Assembly: GCA_965226495.1 (NCBI GenBank)
Contig: OZ245365.1
Span: 6,240,001-6,304,000, forward strand
Direction of reading: 5' to 3'
Source of the DNA: Candidatus Marinacidobacterales bacterium
GTDB taxonomy: Bacteria > Acidobacteriota > Vicinamibacteria > Marinacidobacterales > DATDRI01
DNA length: 64,000 nucleotides
Every line of letters starts with the position of its first letter. Position 1 is the stretch's first letter. The position numbers and the translations under genes were made by a program. The notes under the pieces are model-generated. The model was given only the letters and a program-made list of their open reading frames with translations. It ran no database searches and was not told where the DNA came from. This document shows positions 41,020 to 51,949 of this stretch, piece after piece.

Positions 41020-43106
41020 GGAGTCTCCTCGTGCGCGGCCGCGGTGAGCTTCAGCGAGTGGACCGCGAGCTCCAACCGCTTGGACGGGTCGTCGTTCTCG
41101 GCACTGAAACGCAGCTCGAGCTCGTTGAAACCGGGACGCAGTTGATGCACCGTGACTGGAAACGCGTAGTCCTGCCACCGGGCTACGGCGTCGACGAGGC
41201 CGGCTGAGCGTCCATTCACCACGAGCTCCACCCCGAAAGGCACGGACTCAGGATCCGCGTGAGCGCGGAGCGTCACGGTGAAGTCGCGCGGATAGCGAAT
41301 GGGCACAGTCAGCGTCGAATTCCGTGTTCGCGTCCGGCGGATCGGCAAGCCGAACTCTTCGCTCGGAGGGCGCCACGCGTCATCGAAGAGAACGTGCGGC
41401 GCCTCATCTTCGTCCGGCACCCAGCCGATATAGCGCCTCTTCTCGTCCGACCACCAGCCCGCGCCGTTATCGAACGGGCGTACCCGGATAGGCTCGAGCC
41501 CGGTAGGGACGTAGTGCTCTTCGAGAAACGCCGTGATCTCGGGTGTGATGGCATCGCGCAAATAGTGGCTCCAGAAAATGAACTTGGGCGCCGCACGACC
41601 GCTGCGAAGAGCCTCGTACATCTCCGTGTGCTCTTCTTTCGACTGAAGCATGAACGCGTGCGGATGCTGGAAGTGATGGAAGAAAGCTTGAGGCCGGAAC
41701 ATGCCGAGCCCGGTGAAACCGTCGAACGTCGTCTCCCAAGGAGCGCTGTTTCGCAGCACGTATTCGACGGCCTGAATCGTTCCCCAGTTGCCACGATCGA
41801 ACATGTTTCGAAGGCGCGTGAGCGGATAGGCGCTCAGAAGAACGACGATGATGGTGAGAGCGGATTCTCGCGAGCCGCGCCAGAGGCAAACACCGAGTGC
41901 CAAGGTCAACGCGCCGAGGACGAACGGCGCGAAAGAAGGCAAAACGAGCTCGGGTGGCGCGAGCCGCGAGAGCCCGTAGACGCCGAGCGCCCCAAAAGCA
42001 AGCGTCGCGGCGGCCGGGAGCGCTTTGCCACGGACACGGTTCGTGACGGCCTCGACGATTCGAAGAAGGCCAAGGGCGCCATAGAGCGAGGCAAGAGGAA
42101 GAATCAGAAGAAAATGTTGATAGGACATCGCCGGATGCGCGGCCAAGGAGACCGTGACTGAGAGCGTCGCGAACGTGACTACAGGCTCCCCGCGAAGGAT
42201 GGCTTGCCGCGTGAACGCGCGTTTCGCCTCGAGCAGAAATCCCGCCACCACGAACAGGACGAAGAACGGGTCCTGCCGTACGAGCTCGACTAGGAACGGT
42301 CCCGCTGGAAGACCCGGCCATCGCATGTTCACGATATAGTTGGCATCGATGAACGCCCAAGCCGCGCCGTGAAGCGCGAAATAGCCGAGCGTCCCGGCGA
42401 CGGGAAGCGCAAAGCCGGCGGAAAGCGCCGTGACGTGGCCGAGGCGCGCCGTGAACGGAAGCTCGAGGCGCCGATCGAGAAGAAGCCAAAACACGATCGC
42501 CGCATAGCCCGGCCCGACGAAAACGACTTTCTGCGTGAGCATTACGGCAGCGCCGAGCGCGAGGCCCGACACGAACAACCGGGGGCGTCCTCCCGGCTCA
42601 CTGGCTACGGCGCGTCGCGAGCCGAGCAGCGCCAACCACACCGACAAAAGAAGGAGCGCCGTGGCGGGGACACCGGGCCGGATCTCGAAGCTCTTCGAGA
42701 GAAAAAACGCCGTGTTACTGAGAAGCAAGGCCGCGACGAGACCGGTTCGCGCGTCGTGCCAGGATCGTCCGAGAAGGAACGTGAGACCCAGGCTCGCCGC
42801 CGCGGCGAGCCACATGAGGTGCCGAGCCATAAACGTGAACCCGAGCGCATCCGCCGGAAGCCGCTCGACGTCGTAGAAATCGAACAATTGCGCGAGAAAA
42901 AAATGAAGCCAGGGCGTGTGATGGTCGAAGTAGTCCACGTAAGGAACGAGGTCTCGCCAAACGCACCAGGACCAATGAAGATGCTCGAGCTCGTCCGGGT
43001 TGTAGCCGCGCGTCTCGATTAGAGGAAGCCGCAGAAAAAAGGGTGCGAGCACGAGCAGAATGGCGACGGCGGCGAAGACGAGGCCGGCTCGGTCGGAAGC
43101 TTTCAT
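41016..43106 (-). CDS. GT39/GT-C membrane glycosyltransferase
   Basis: NPDELEHLH, PYVDYFDHH, EIRP and many TM helices. Confidence 0.82.
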   Translation of the reverse strand: MKASDRAGLVFAAVAILLVLAPFFLRLPLIETRGYNPDELEHLHWSWCVWRDLVPYVDYFDHHTPWLHFFLAQLFDFYDVERLPADALGFTFMARHLMWLAAAASLGLTFLLGRSWHDARTGLVAALLLSNTAFFLSKSFEIRPGVPATALLLLSVWLALLGSRRAVASEPGGRPRLFVSGLALGAAVMLTQKVVFVGPGYAAIVFWLLLDRRLELPFTARLGHVTALSAGFALPVAGTLGYFALHGAAWAFIDANYIVNMRWPGLPAGPFLVELVRQDPFFVLFVVAGFLLEAKRAFTRQAILRGEPVVTFATLSVTVSLAAHPAMSYQHFLLILPLASLYGALGLLRIVEAVTNRVRGKALPAAATLAFGALGVYGLSRLAPPELVLPSFAPFVLGALTLALGVCLWRGSRESALTIIVVLLSAYPLTRLRNMFDRGNWGTIQAVEYVLRNSAPWETTFDGFTGLGMFRPQAFFHHFQHPHAFMLQSKEEHTEMYEALRSGRAAPKFIFWSHYLRDAITPEITAFLEEHYVPTGLEPIRVRPFDNGAGWWSDEKRRYIGWVPDEDEAPHVLFDDAWRPPSEEFGLPIRRTRTRNSTLTVPIRYPRDFTVTLRAHADPESVPFGVELVVNGRSAGLVDAVARWQDYAFPVTVHQLRPGFNELELRFSAENDDPSKRLELAVHSLKLTAAAHEETP

Positions 43107-43364
43107 AGAAGAGACGTGGGCATTTTAGCCGCTCTCCAGAACATGATCAAAATGCGCGCCGCGGCCCCCCGCTTGCCTGATCGTCATGAGGTTACCTATC
43201 CTTGTTGCCGACGCGCCTCTTGCAGGTCACCTTTTGGACCACCGGCCCAACGTGGACCGCGTGATTCGCGAAAAACTCGTCGATCGAGTGGTTGCAAGGG
43301 TACTTTCGAGTGAACGAACGATTTCGGTCACTTCCCGATGACCTCCGCCCACGCGGGCGGTGCC

Positions 43365-44089
43365 ATTGCTGTCAAATTGAGCTGGTGACTGACAGAATGG
43401 TCCAATGAAAACCGATGCGCCAAGCTACCACGGCTATCGATTTCCAGCGGAAATCATCAGCCACGCCGTCTGGCTCTACCACCGATTCTGCGTGAGCTTT
43501 CGAGACGTCGAAGAGCTGCTTGCTCAGCGAGGCATCACGGTTTCCTACGAAGCGATCCGACTTTGGTGCATCAAGTTCGGGCCGGCATACGCTCGGCGAC
43601 TGAAGCGTCGGCAGGGTCGTCTCGGTGACACGTGGCACCTAGACGAGATCTTCACAAAAGATACAAGGTGAACGCCAATACCTCTGGCGTGCGGTAGACC
43701 AAGATGGTGATGTGATTGATATCCTCGTCCAGCCTCGCCGTGATCAGAAAGCCGCCAAACGATTCTTCCGCAAGCTGTTGAAGGGGCAAGGCCGCCCGCC
43801 CTGGCAGCTGGTCACCGACAAACTGAGAAGCTACAGTGCCGCTCACCGCGAGGTCATGCCGTCCGTCGTCCACGACACTGACCAGTACAGAAACAACCTA
43901 GCCGAAGTCTCGCACGAACCGACGCGACAACGGGAACGACAGATGCGGAAGTTTAAAACTCCTGGGCAGGCGCAACGATTCTTGTCCGTGCACGGACTCG
44001 TGCAAAACCTCTTTCGCGTCGGACGGCATTTGTTGCAAGCGCATCATCATCGGGAGCTACGAGACCGCGCTTTCATCGTCTGGCAGGAC
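43365..44089 (+). mobile_element. IS6 family transposase (frameshifted); right end inverted to 44263-44336
   Basis: YHGYRFPAEII, WHLDE, LWRAVDQDG, VTDKLRSY, NN.AEVSH. Confidence 0.88.
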
Positions 44090-44477
44090 GGCCAGCTACG
44101 CGACATCCCCGACATCGATAGCCTTTATTTCACGATGCTGAATCACAACAAACGGAGCGTCGCCCTGAACCCGAAGACCGAAGCGGGCAAGAAGAACTTC
44201 ACGAGGCTCCTCGAGGAATGTGAGCTTCGCGCACCAAATCAAGCAGTTTTAGTGTTGTGAAGGGTATTGTCAAGTTGACGTTGAGCGAGCGAACCTATCG
44301 CGTCGAGCTGATTTCCTTTGCTCTCGTCGGACGGCCGCGGGGTCGCATCGTCTTTACCGGGCCGTTCCACCTTGATGACATCGGCGCCGAGCCACGCCAG
44401 CATCTACGTGCCTGTCGGTCCCGATTGCACGCGAGTCATATCCTAAGGATGCGAACACCCTCCAGAGGCTTTCCCAT
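44090..44477. pseudogene. frc: Formyl-CoA transferase 5' remnant split across strands by an inversion
   Basis: Minus strand 44477-44337: MGKPLEGVRIL..VQSGP..LAWLGADVIKVERPG; plus strand 44090-44222: GQLRDIPDIDSLYFTMLNHNKRS. Confidence 0.8.
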
Positions 44478-44511
44478 AATCGTCCTCTCTATCCTTCCGC
44501 TGGTGTTGACT

Positions 44512-44874
44512 TGGAGTCCTCGGAGTTATTGAGCGCGTCTTCGAATCGCCATGCGGCTCCGTGCAACGCTCTCCGTTCGACCTTGATGATGCGATCGTTC
44601 CTGCGCGTCTTGAGGCGTGAGGTCAAAATACTCATGCGGCTTCCCGATGGTAGAAACGTAGCAACCCGCCAAGCCGTTCACGGGAGCGCACCTTGCGCTC
44701 GGACTGAGGTAACGGGTCGCTGGCTGGGAACAGCAGCAGATTCTCCTTGCCTTGATGATTCCTCTCGTGGTGATGGTAGACAACGTACTCCCTAAGCGCA
44801 TGACGGAGCGACTTCTCGCCGAACAGAATGAGCTTCGAGAGACATTCCTCTTTGACTGACTTCACCCAGCGCTC
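44512..44874 (-). pseudogene. IS1 scrap plus integrase-core C-terminal fragment
   Basis: Matches 28335-28437; AERWVKSVKEECL..ERNHQG..RERLGGLL. Confidence 0.8.
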
Positions 44875-45959
44875 GGCGTTGTTGCACGGCCCGGAGCAAA
44901 TCGCTGACCTCCCTGTGCCGGTTGCAGAGTCACCCGGCGCAGTACGTATCGGGCATCCCGAGCGCAGCCATCTTGTTGAGTATCTCGCACCCAATTCGGT
45001 GTTCAACTCGTTGCCTCGCCAACGTTCGAGCCCGCATCTCCGGCCCGATGATCGCCTTGTAACGATAGACCGCGTTCTCCACCATGCTTCGCTTGGTGTA
45101 GCCTGAGAGCTTGTACCATTCACGTCGGCCGTGTCTTTCGATTGCACGAATATGGCGATCGCGCTCCTGCATGGCGGTGTTCGAATTCTGACTGAGCGTC
45201 GCGTTTCGTTGCGGCGGAATCACCACGCGCGTCCTTCGTCCAGGACTGTGCGCTTCGATGGCTTCGTAGACCGCTTCCTTGTCGTATGCACTGTCCGCCG
45301 CCACCGACACTAGAGGTGCTTGAATCTGTGTTAGCAAAGCGGGGACTCGGGTTGCGTCGCGAGCTCGTGACGCCGTCAGTTCGGACGCAACAATGTTCCC
45401 TGTCTCGCGATCAACGGCGATGTGCAACTTGCGCCATGCGCGCTGCTTTGGCGGTTTGCGAGCGTTTCCAACATGAATCCTCAAGCCCGTGCTATCGATC
45501 ATCAGGTGGATGGGTTGAGTGCTCGCGGCTTTCGGAATCCGCAGCTTCTTGCGGAGCAACCTCGAGCGCCGACACAACGTCGAGTAGTCCGGGATCTCGA
45601 TACCGAGCCCGAGAAGCGAGGCGATCGAGTGCAAGAAGCCTTCGGTTTGTCGGTAGGCGAGCTTGTACACCATCCGGACAACCAGGCCCGTTTCAATCGC
45701 CATGTCTGAATAGACCCGTTGACCGCCAGGCTTACCGGTCTTGTCGGCCTTCCAGTTCGCGATTGCCTCCTCGTCAAACCAGACTGTCAAATCGCCCCGG
45801 CGGCGCAGCCCTTCGTTGTATTCCGCCCAGTTGCGAACGTGGTACTTCTTCTGCTTCGCGTGCTTGTACTGGCAGCGCTTGGGATACTTCATGCTCGAAC
45901 ATACCTCGGCCACCACCATAGGCGGATTTCGCTCTCAGCCAGAGCGGTGCAACAACGCC
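44875..45959 (-). mobile_element. IS5 family (IS903 group) element, copy 3
   Basis: Same TIRs as copies 1 and 2. Confidence 0.93.
44930..45919 (-). CDS. IS5 family transposase
   Basis: Same protein as copy 1. Confidence 0.95.
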   Translation of the reverse strand: MVVAEVCSSMKYPKRCQYKHAKQKKYHVRNWAEYNEGLRRRGDLTVWFDEEAIANWKADKTGKPGGQRVYSDMAIETGLVVRMVYKLAYRQTEGFLHSIASLLGLGIEIPDYSTLCRRSRLLRKKLRIPKAASTQPIHLMIDSTGLRIHVGNARKPPKQRAWRKLHIAVDRETGNIVASELTASRARDATRVPALLTQIQAPLVSVAADSAYDKEAVYEAIEAHSPGRRTRVVIPPQRNATLSQNSNTAMQERDRHIRAIERHGRREWYKLSGYTKRSMVENAVYRYKAIIGPEMRARTLARQRVEHRIGCEILNKMAALGMPDTYCAG

Positions 45960-46250
45960 GCGTGCATGGCCGAGCTGGCAAAGCTAGGCACATTTCCCAG
46001 GCCGCCGTCTCCAAGTATATGGTTCGCCATCGCATGCCACCGTCCCCTACTTGGCGGAGCTTTCTTGATAATCATGCAAACGACTTGGTGTCGCTCGACT
46101 TTTTCACTTTGCCGACTGCAACCTTCAGAGTTCTGTTCGTCTTCATTGTCCTTCGCCACGACCGTCGCCGTATCGTTCATTTCAATGTCACCGAACATCC
46201 TTCCGCCGAGTGGACGGCACAGCAAATAGTCGATGCTTTTCCATGGGATA
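45960..46250 (+). pseudogene. Integrase-core transposase fragment
   Basis: PSPTWRSFLDNH..DFFTLPT..HFNVTEHP. Confidence 0.8.
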
Positions 46251-47661
46251 CAGTGTATTCTACCTGGCGCAATGTGGATTACTTCCGGCACGATCCGCCC
46301 GGGGTACGACTGCTATGTAATCGGCTCTGGCCCGGCGGGCATCACGCTCGCCCTGGAGCTGGCCAAGAAAAATAAGAAGGTGCTGGTCTTTGAGTCCGGC
46401 ACTGCAACGGATGCTCGGGCCGACATGCCAAACGCCATCAACCAAGGACACCTTCCAGACGGCTGGTGGGATAGACACTCTACACGTACACTCGGTGGCA
46501 CCTCAAAGGTCTGGACAGGCTGGTGTACCACGTTAACGGAGCGGGATTTCGATAACCCGGCCGTCGGCGTTCGCTGGCCGATTACTCGCACCGAGTTGGT
46601 GCCGTACTATCGGCGCGCGGCTGAAGTCCTGGACCGAGATACCTCTATCGTCGATGTCGAGACGCCCCTGGTGCCGGGGTTCGTCTACCGACCGTTCTCA
46701 AGAGGTGTTCCGACCCGTCTCGGCCTCAAGTATTTCGATGTACTGGAGAAATCCTCGACGATTCACGTTGCGCTCGCCTCCTCGGTGGTTGGCCTCGACG
46801 CCGATACGTCTCGCTCCGCGGTACGGACGCTGACGTATTTTCATCATTCTTCAAGCACCACGCACCAGCTTGCCATCGATCCCGCACAGCCGGTCGTCCT
46901 CGCGGGCGGCGGCATCAGCAACGCACAACTGCTACTTCAGCCTCGTTCGGATGGTGCGGTCCCGGTCGGCAACGAGGGCGGCTTGGCGGGGAAGTTCCTG
47001 ATGGAGCATCCGCATTTCATTGGAGTGGCCGAACTCGTGCTTGACGAAGACCTGAACCGGCAACCCAGGCCCGCTGCCTTTGGGGGAATCACCCATGCGA
47101 TGGTGCCGGACAATGCTCTGACGATGCAGCACGGGTTATTCGGGTGCAGTGTGGACTGTCAGGACCAAACCACCGATCATCCAATGGTCGAGTATCTCTC
47201 CAGGGAGTACGGGAAGCCCTTCTATCACTACACCAGCTCAGTACGATCTGAAATGTTGCCCTCTGCCAGTAACCGTGTGTTGCTGACCGGGGAACGCGAC
47301 GCCGCGGGGTTCTACCGGCCCAGCGTCCGATGTGTCTTCAACGCCGGGGACTTCCTCAACGCGGAGACGACGCTGCGGCCTCCTCGGAGAATTGCTGATA
47401 GAGTCGAAGAAGGGCCGGGTACGCATTCACAATAATGTCCTATACCGGCGGGCGGACGGTGGCGGGCACATCATGGGAACGACCAGAATGGGCACGAGTC
47501 GATCGACTTCGGTGGTCGATCGAGACTGCCGGGTGCACGGGTACCGCAACCTGTTCGTCGCTGGCTCGTCCGTGTTTCCCACCGGCGGGTACGCGAACCC
47601 GATGCTGACGATTGTCGCGTTGTCTCTGCGACTGGCTGACACTCTCGCGACGTCACGGTGA
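46251..47661 (+). pseudogene. GMC oxidoreductase, 5' end truncated, frameshift near 47375
   Basis: VIGSGPAG, LGGTS..W, FLMEHPH, HIMGTTRMG, AGSSVFPTGG.ANP. Confidence 0.85.
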
Positions 47662-48278
47662 AGATGCCTGACATGACACGCCGCATCTCACGACGGACAT
47701 TCGTGATGGGGTTCGGCGGTGGTGCCGCTTCCGCTTCGCTCGTCTGGGGACTCTGGGGGTTTAGGCGTTGGCCGCAAACGCCCGGCGAAGAACATCCGGT
47801 CATCGCGAGGTGTTGTGCCTACGCCGAGTACGATGGTTGGCTGGTCACGACCGAGGACAAAAGACGCCTCCCCTTAATTATTGTACTGACCTACACCAGC
47901 GGCTGGTACCGGAAGGAAACAGGAGGCGAAACGCCGGGGCGATGGACCCATCAGGCCGCCACACTGTCGTTTTTGAACCCGCAGGCGAACGCGACGTTCT
48001 CCCTCGACTACGCCGCACGCGCGAAGCAGACGGTCACGGTCAGCGTCGGCGGCCAACTGCTGCAGTCATTCGTCACCGATGCTTCTGGCCGCCGCCGCTG
48101 CCGCCGTATTCTCCTCCCCGCCGCAGTGCTGGGAAATGGGGATAGGGCCGAGATTCAGATCACTGTGGACCGGACGTTCGTGCCAGCGAATCTGATCGTG
48201 GGCTCGCGCGACGCCCGTGAACTCGGCATTAAGGTCTATCATGCTGCTGTTGAACGCGATCCTGTTCCAACTCCCTGA
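47658..48278 (+). CDS. Hypothetical exported protein with Tat-like signal
   Basis: SRRTFV; C-terminal D.RELGI beta-sandwich motif. Confidence 0.6.
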   Translation: MKMPDMTRRISRRTFVMGFGGGAASASLVWGLWGFRRWPQTPGEEHPVIARCCAYAEYDGWLVTTEDKRRLPLIIVLTYTSGWYRKETGGETPGRWTHQAATLSFLNPQANATFSLDYAARAKQTVTVSVGGQLLQSFVTDASGRRRCRRILLPAAVLGNGDRAEIQITVDRTFVPANLIVGSRDARELGIKVYHAAVERDPVPTP

Positions 48279-48797
48279 CGGGTACTGCCAAGTTTGACGA
48301 AAAGCTAGCTGTGCCCGCAATGGTCCAATGGAACTCGTTATGTGCTGTACGTAATATTTCCCTGTTCGCTGATCTCTATTCTCCTGTTCTTCCAGAGCAA
48401 ATTCACTGAAACTCGGCCGCTCTCTGGTCGCGCGTTTCCGAGATCGTTACCCCTCCGCCATCCAGTGTCTGGAGAAGGACCTCGAGGAGACCGTCATCTA
48501 TCTTCGCTTTCCCACGGGACATCACAAGCACATCCGAACCTGTGCCTTCTATTTATTCATCCGCGCGCACCGTTGCTCCGGGACGGGGCGCGATCACAGG
48601 CCGCGGTGGGAAGTCTGTCTGGGGCTTTCTGTCGCTGGTGGACCGCCTAAAGAAAGGTCATTCACGAACTATCCCCACCTCACCTTGGGTGTCCACGCGG
48701 ACCGGCTCAAAGTTGCCGTCACGATTCCCAATGGCTTAGATTCGGCGTTAGGCATCTAGGCCGGGCCGCACCGTTCACCGCTCGCAGACAACCCCGT

Positions 48798-48892
48798 TGT
48801 GATCCGCAAAAAAGAAGATTAGCCAGAAGCAGTCGAACGTAGCATTGTCTAGAACGCGCAATCAACGCCGGATCCATTTTTTGCTGAGCATA
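48798..48892. mobile_element. ~95-bp MITE, copy 2
   Basis: Homologous to 12918-13011. Confidence 0.65.
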
Positions 48893-48957
48893 GCTGAACT
48901 GACCCCACGAGTACTTAATTGACCCACGGTCGCAATCGACGCTAGGCTCTGGAGCGC

Positions 48958-49324
48958 ATGAGGAAAAGGACGCCGCTTGCTGTGCTCGCCGTCGGTCTGC
49001 TGGTCGTCATCGCCATCGGATGCGCTGTGAAGCTGACTCCTGCTGGGGCGATGGTCCGGGAGGGGCACGGCCCAGCCGTTAGTGCGCGGTGCGAGTTTCT
49101 GGGGGATCGTCAGGCTGACGACAAGACGGCTGCGGTAATTGCCAGGGGTACAGCCGGTTCCCGTGGTCGGTCCCTTGATCGCTGGGGTGCGCACGGATCC
49201 AACGTCATGCGGGAAATCCGCAAACAAGGTCGCCGAGCTTGGCGGCAATGTCTTCGTTTCGATCGGCGGCGACAGGTTCGAGGTTCAGGCCGAAGCGTAC
49301 CGTTGCGCCCACGAGCGGCGGTAG
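48958..49324 (+). pseudogene. DUF4156-like lipoprotein, frameshifted
   Basis: IAIGC lipobox, LTPAG..V, CEFLG, NKVAELGGN, AEAYRC spread across frames. Confidence 0.55.
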
Positions 49325-49374
49325 CTCCAACCCAGCGACGATTCTTCGCATTTCGGGTCGTTTCACCTGGGACA

Positions 49375-50459
49375 GGCGTTGTTGCACGGCCCGGAGCAAA
49401 TCGCTGACCTCCCTGTGCCGGTCGTAGAGTCACCCGGCGCAGTACGTATCGGGCATCCCGAGCGCGGTCATCTTGTTGAGTATCTCGCACCCAATTCGGT
49501 GTTCAACTCGTTGCCTCGCCAACGTTCGTGTCCGCATCTCGGGCCCGATGATCGCTTTGTAACGATAGACCGCGTTCTCCACCATGCTTCGCTTGGTGCA
49601 GCCTGAGAGCTTGTACCATTCACGTCGGCCGTGTCTTTCGATGGCACGAATATGGCGGTCGCGCTCCTGCATGGCGGTGTTCGAATTCTGATTGAGCGTC
49701 GCGTTTCGTTGCGGCGGAATCACCACGCGCGTCCTTCGTCCAGGGCTGTGCGCTTCGATCGCTTCGTAGACCGCTTCCTTGTCGTATGCACTGTCCGCCG
49801 CCACCGACGCTAGAGGTGCTTGAATCTGTGTTAGCAAAGCGGGGACTCGGGTTGCGTCGCGAGCTCGTGACGCCGTCAGTTCGGACGCAACAATGTTGCC
49901 GGTCTCGCGATCAACGGCGATGTGCAACTTGCGCCATGCGCGCTGCTTTGGCGGTTTGCGGGCGGTTCCAACATGAATCCTCAAGCCCGTGCTATCGATC
50001 ATCAGGTGGATTGGTTGATTGCTTGCGGCTTTCGGAATCCGCAGCTTCTTGCGGAGCAGCCTCGACCGCCGAGACAACGTCGAGTAGTCCGGGATCTCGA
50101 TACCGAGCCCGAGCAGCGAGGCGATCGAGTGCAAGAAGCCTTCGGTTTGTCGGTAGGCGAGCTTGTACACCATCCGGACAACCAGGCCCGTTTCAATAGC
50201 CATGTCTGAATAGACCCGTTGACCGCCAGGCTTACCGGTCTTGTCGGCCATCCAGTTCGCGATTGCCTCCTCGTCAAACCAGACCGTCAAATCGCCTCGG
50301 CGGCGCAGCCCTTCGTTGTATTCCGCCCAGTTGCGAACGTGGTACTTCTTCTGCTTCGCGTGCTTGTACTGGCTGCGCTTGGGATACTTCATGGTCGAAC
50401 ATACCTCGGCCACCACAAGAGGCGCATTTTGCTCTCAGCCAGAGCGGTGCAACAACGCG
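49375..50459 (-). mobile_element. IS5 family (IS903 group) element, copy 4 (more diverged)
   Basis: TIRs present; several amino-acid differences. Confidence 0.92.
49430..50416 (-). CDS. IS5 family transposase
   Basis: Homolog of the other three copies. Confidence 0.94.
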   Translation of the reverse strand: MVAEVCSTMKYPKRSQYKHAKQKKYHVRNWAEYNEGLRRRGDLTVWFDEEAIANWMADKTGKPGGQRVYSDMAIETGLVVRMVYKLAYRQTEGFLHSIASLLGLGIEIPDYSTLSRRSRLLRKKLRIPKAASNQPIHLMIDSTGLRIHVGTARKPPKQRAWRKLHIAVDRETGNIVASELTASRARDATRVPALLTQIQAPLASVAADSAYDKEAVYEAIEAHSPGRRTRVVIPPQRNATLNQNSNTAMQERDRHIRAIERHGRREWYKLSGCTKRSMVENAVYRYKAIIGPEMRTRTLARQRVEHRIGCEILNKMTALGMPDTYCAG

Positions 50460-50485
50460 GGGCGAACGATGCATCCCCTCGCTTC

Positions 50486-51945
50486 GGAAATGTCCCGCCG
50501 GATGTTGAATTTGGGGTAGCGGCGGCTCCTTGGCCGGCCTAAGAATAGGTCTGCCAAACCAACCGTCTCCAGAGGGGGACAAGGAGCCACCATGCCAAGG
50601 AAATCAAAGAAGCCAGTAAGAAAGCAAACGCACTCGCCTACGGGCAAGGTAGTTGGCCAAGTCGGTCAGATACTGCTACCGATGATAGCTGGGATCGCGG
50701 CCACGAAGGCGGACCTGACGGAATGGGTGTACGAGCAAGGACTGACCGCATTGCACCTACTCCTGAGAGAGGACGCGGAGAAGATCGCGGGGCCGAAGGG
50801 CAAGCACGAGAAGGAGCGAACTCATAACCACTGGGGGAGCACGGATGGGGAGCTGAGCTTCGGCGGTCGTCGAATCCAAGTGTCGCGACCTCGAGTTCGT
50901 TCGAAGTCGGGCGAGGAGGCGTCGCTTCCACACTTCGAAGCCTTCCGCGAAGAAGACCCGCTTCCGGAGCGAGTGCTGAACCAGATCTTGGTGGGGGTAT
51001 CGACCCGAAATTACGAATCGAGTCTGGACAAACCCTCGGCGAAGTTGAAGTCTCGTGGCACGAGCAAGAGTGCCGCCAGCCGTCACCTCGTGAGCCAGAC
51101 GACTAAGAAGCTCGAGGAATACCTATCTCGGAGGCTAGAGGAGTTCGAGCTTGCGGCACTAATGATGGATGGCCTTGAGGTGGCCGGACAGACCGTCGTC
51201 GTAACTCTCGGTATCACAATAGATGGAACGAAGGTGCCCTTGGGTATATGGCTGGGCTCGACGGAGAACTCTCGGGTGTGCACCGCGATGTTGCAGAACC
51301 TTCTCGAGCGGGGATTGCGGATCGACGAATCGATTCTCTGCGTAGTGGACGGAGGCAAAGGGATCCGCAAAGCACTCGTCGACGTTTTGGGGGATCTCGC
51401 GGTTATCCAAAGATGCCAGCTCCACAAACTCCGAAATCTACGCTCGTACCTTCCCAAGTCCCGTCACGCCTACGTGCTCCAGACAATGAAGGAAGCGTAC
51501 AAATGCAAGAGTGCCGACAAGGCGCGCAAGCGACTTCAGGCATTGGTGTCGTGGCTCGAGCGAAACGGCTACGACGAAGCTGCCGGAAGCCTTCGCGAAG
51601 GGATGGAAGAGACCCTCACGGTTGTGAAGCTCGCTCTACCCGAGTTACTTCGCAAATCTCTGGCCACGACAAACGCCATCGAGAATCTCAACGGCACCAT
51701 CCGCAGAGTCTCGAGAAACGTCAAGCGGTGGAAGAGTCCTTCCATGATTCGCCGATGGACCGCTCTCGGCGTCGTCACGGCGGAGAAAAAGTTTCACCGT
51801 ATCAAAGGCTATCGCCATATGGGCGCTCTCGTTCACGCGCTTAGAAGCAAACAGAAATCTCTTGACAGCGATGAGGTTGCTGCCTAAGAGTATTCACAGG
51901 TGCCGCCGCTACCCGACCAAATTCAACAGCGGCCGGGACATCCCC
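50486..51945 (+). mobile_element. IS256 family element inserted in a CRISPR repeat
   Basis: Ends ATGTCCCGCCGGATGTTGAATTT / AAATTCAACAGCGGCCGGGACAT; TCGCTTCG on both sides. Confidence 0.9.
50592..51887 (+). CDS. IS256 family transposase
   Basis: GVSTR, MDG, VVDGGKG, QRCQLHK, TTNAIENLN. Confidence 0.95.
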   Translation: MPRKSKKPVRKQTHSPTGKVVGQVGQILLPMIAGIAATKADLTEWVYEQGLTALHLLLREDAEKIAGPKGKHEKERTHNHWGSTDGELSFGGRRIQVSRPRVRSKSGEEASLPHFEAFREEDPLPERVLNQILVGVSTRNYESSLDKPSAKLKSRGTSKSAASRHLVSQTTKKLEEYLSRRLEEFELAALMMDGLEVAGQTVVVTLGITIDGTKVPLGIWLGSTENSRVCTAMLQNLLERGLRIDESILCVVDGGKGIRKALVDVLGDLAVIQRCQLHKLRNLRSYLPKSRHAYVLQTMKEAYKCKSADKARKRLQALVSWLERNGYDEAAGSLREGMEETLTVVKLALPELLRKSLATTNAIENLNGTIRRVSRNVKRWKSPSMIRRWTALGVVTAEKKFHRIKGYRHMGALVHALRSKQKSLDSDEVAA

Positions 51946-51949
51946 CAAA

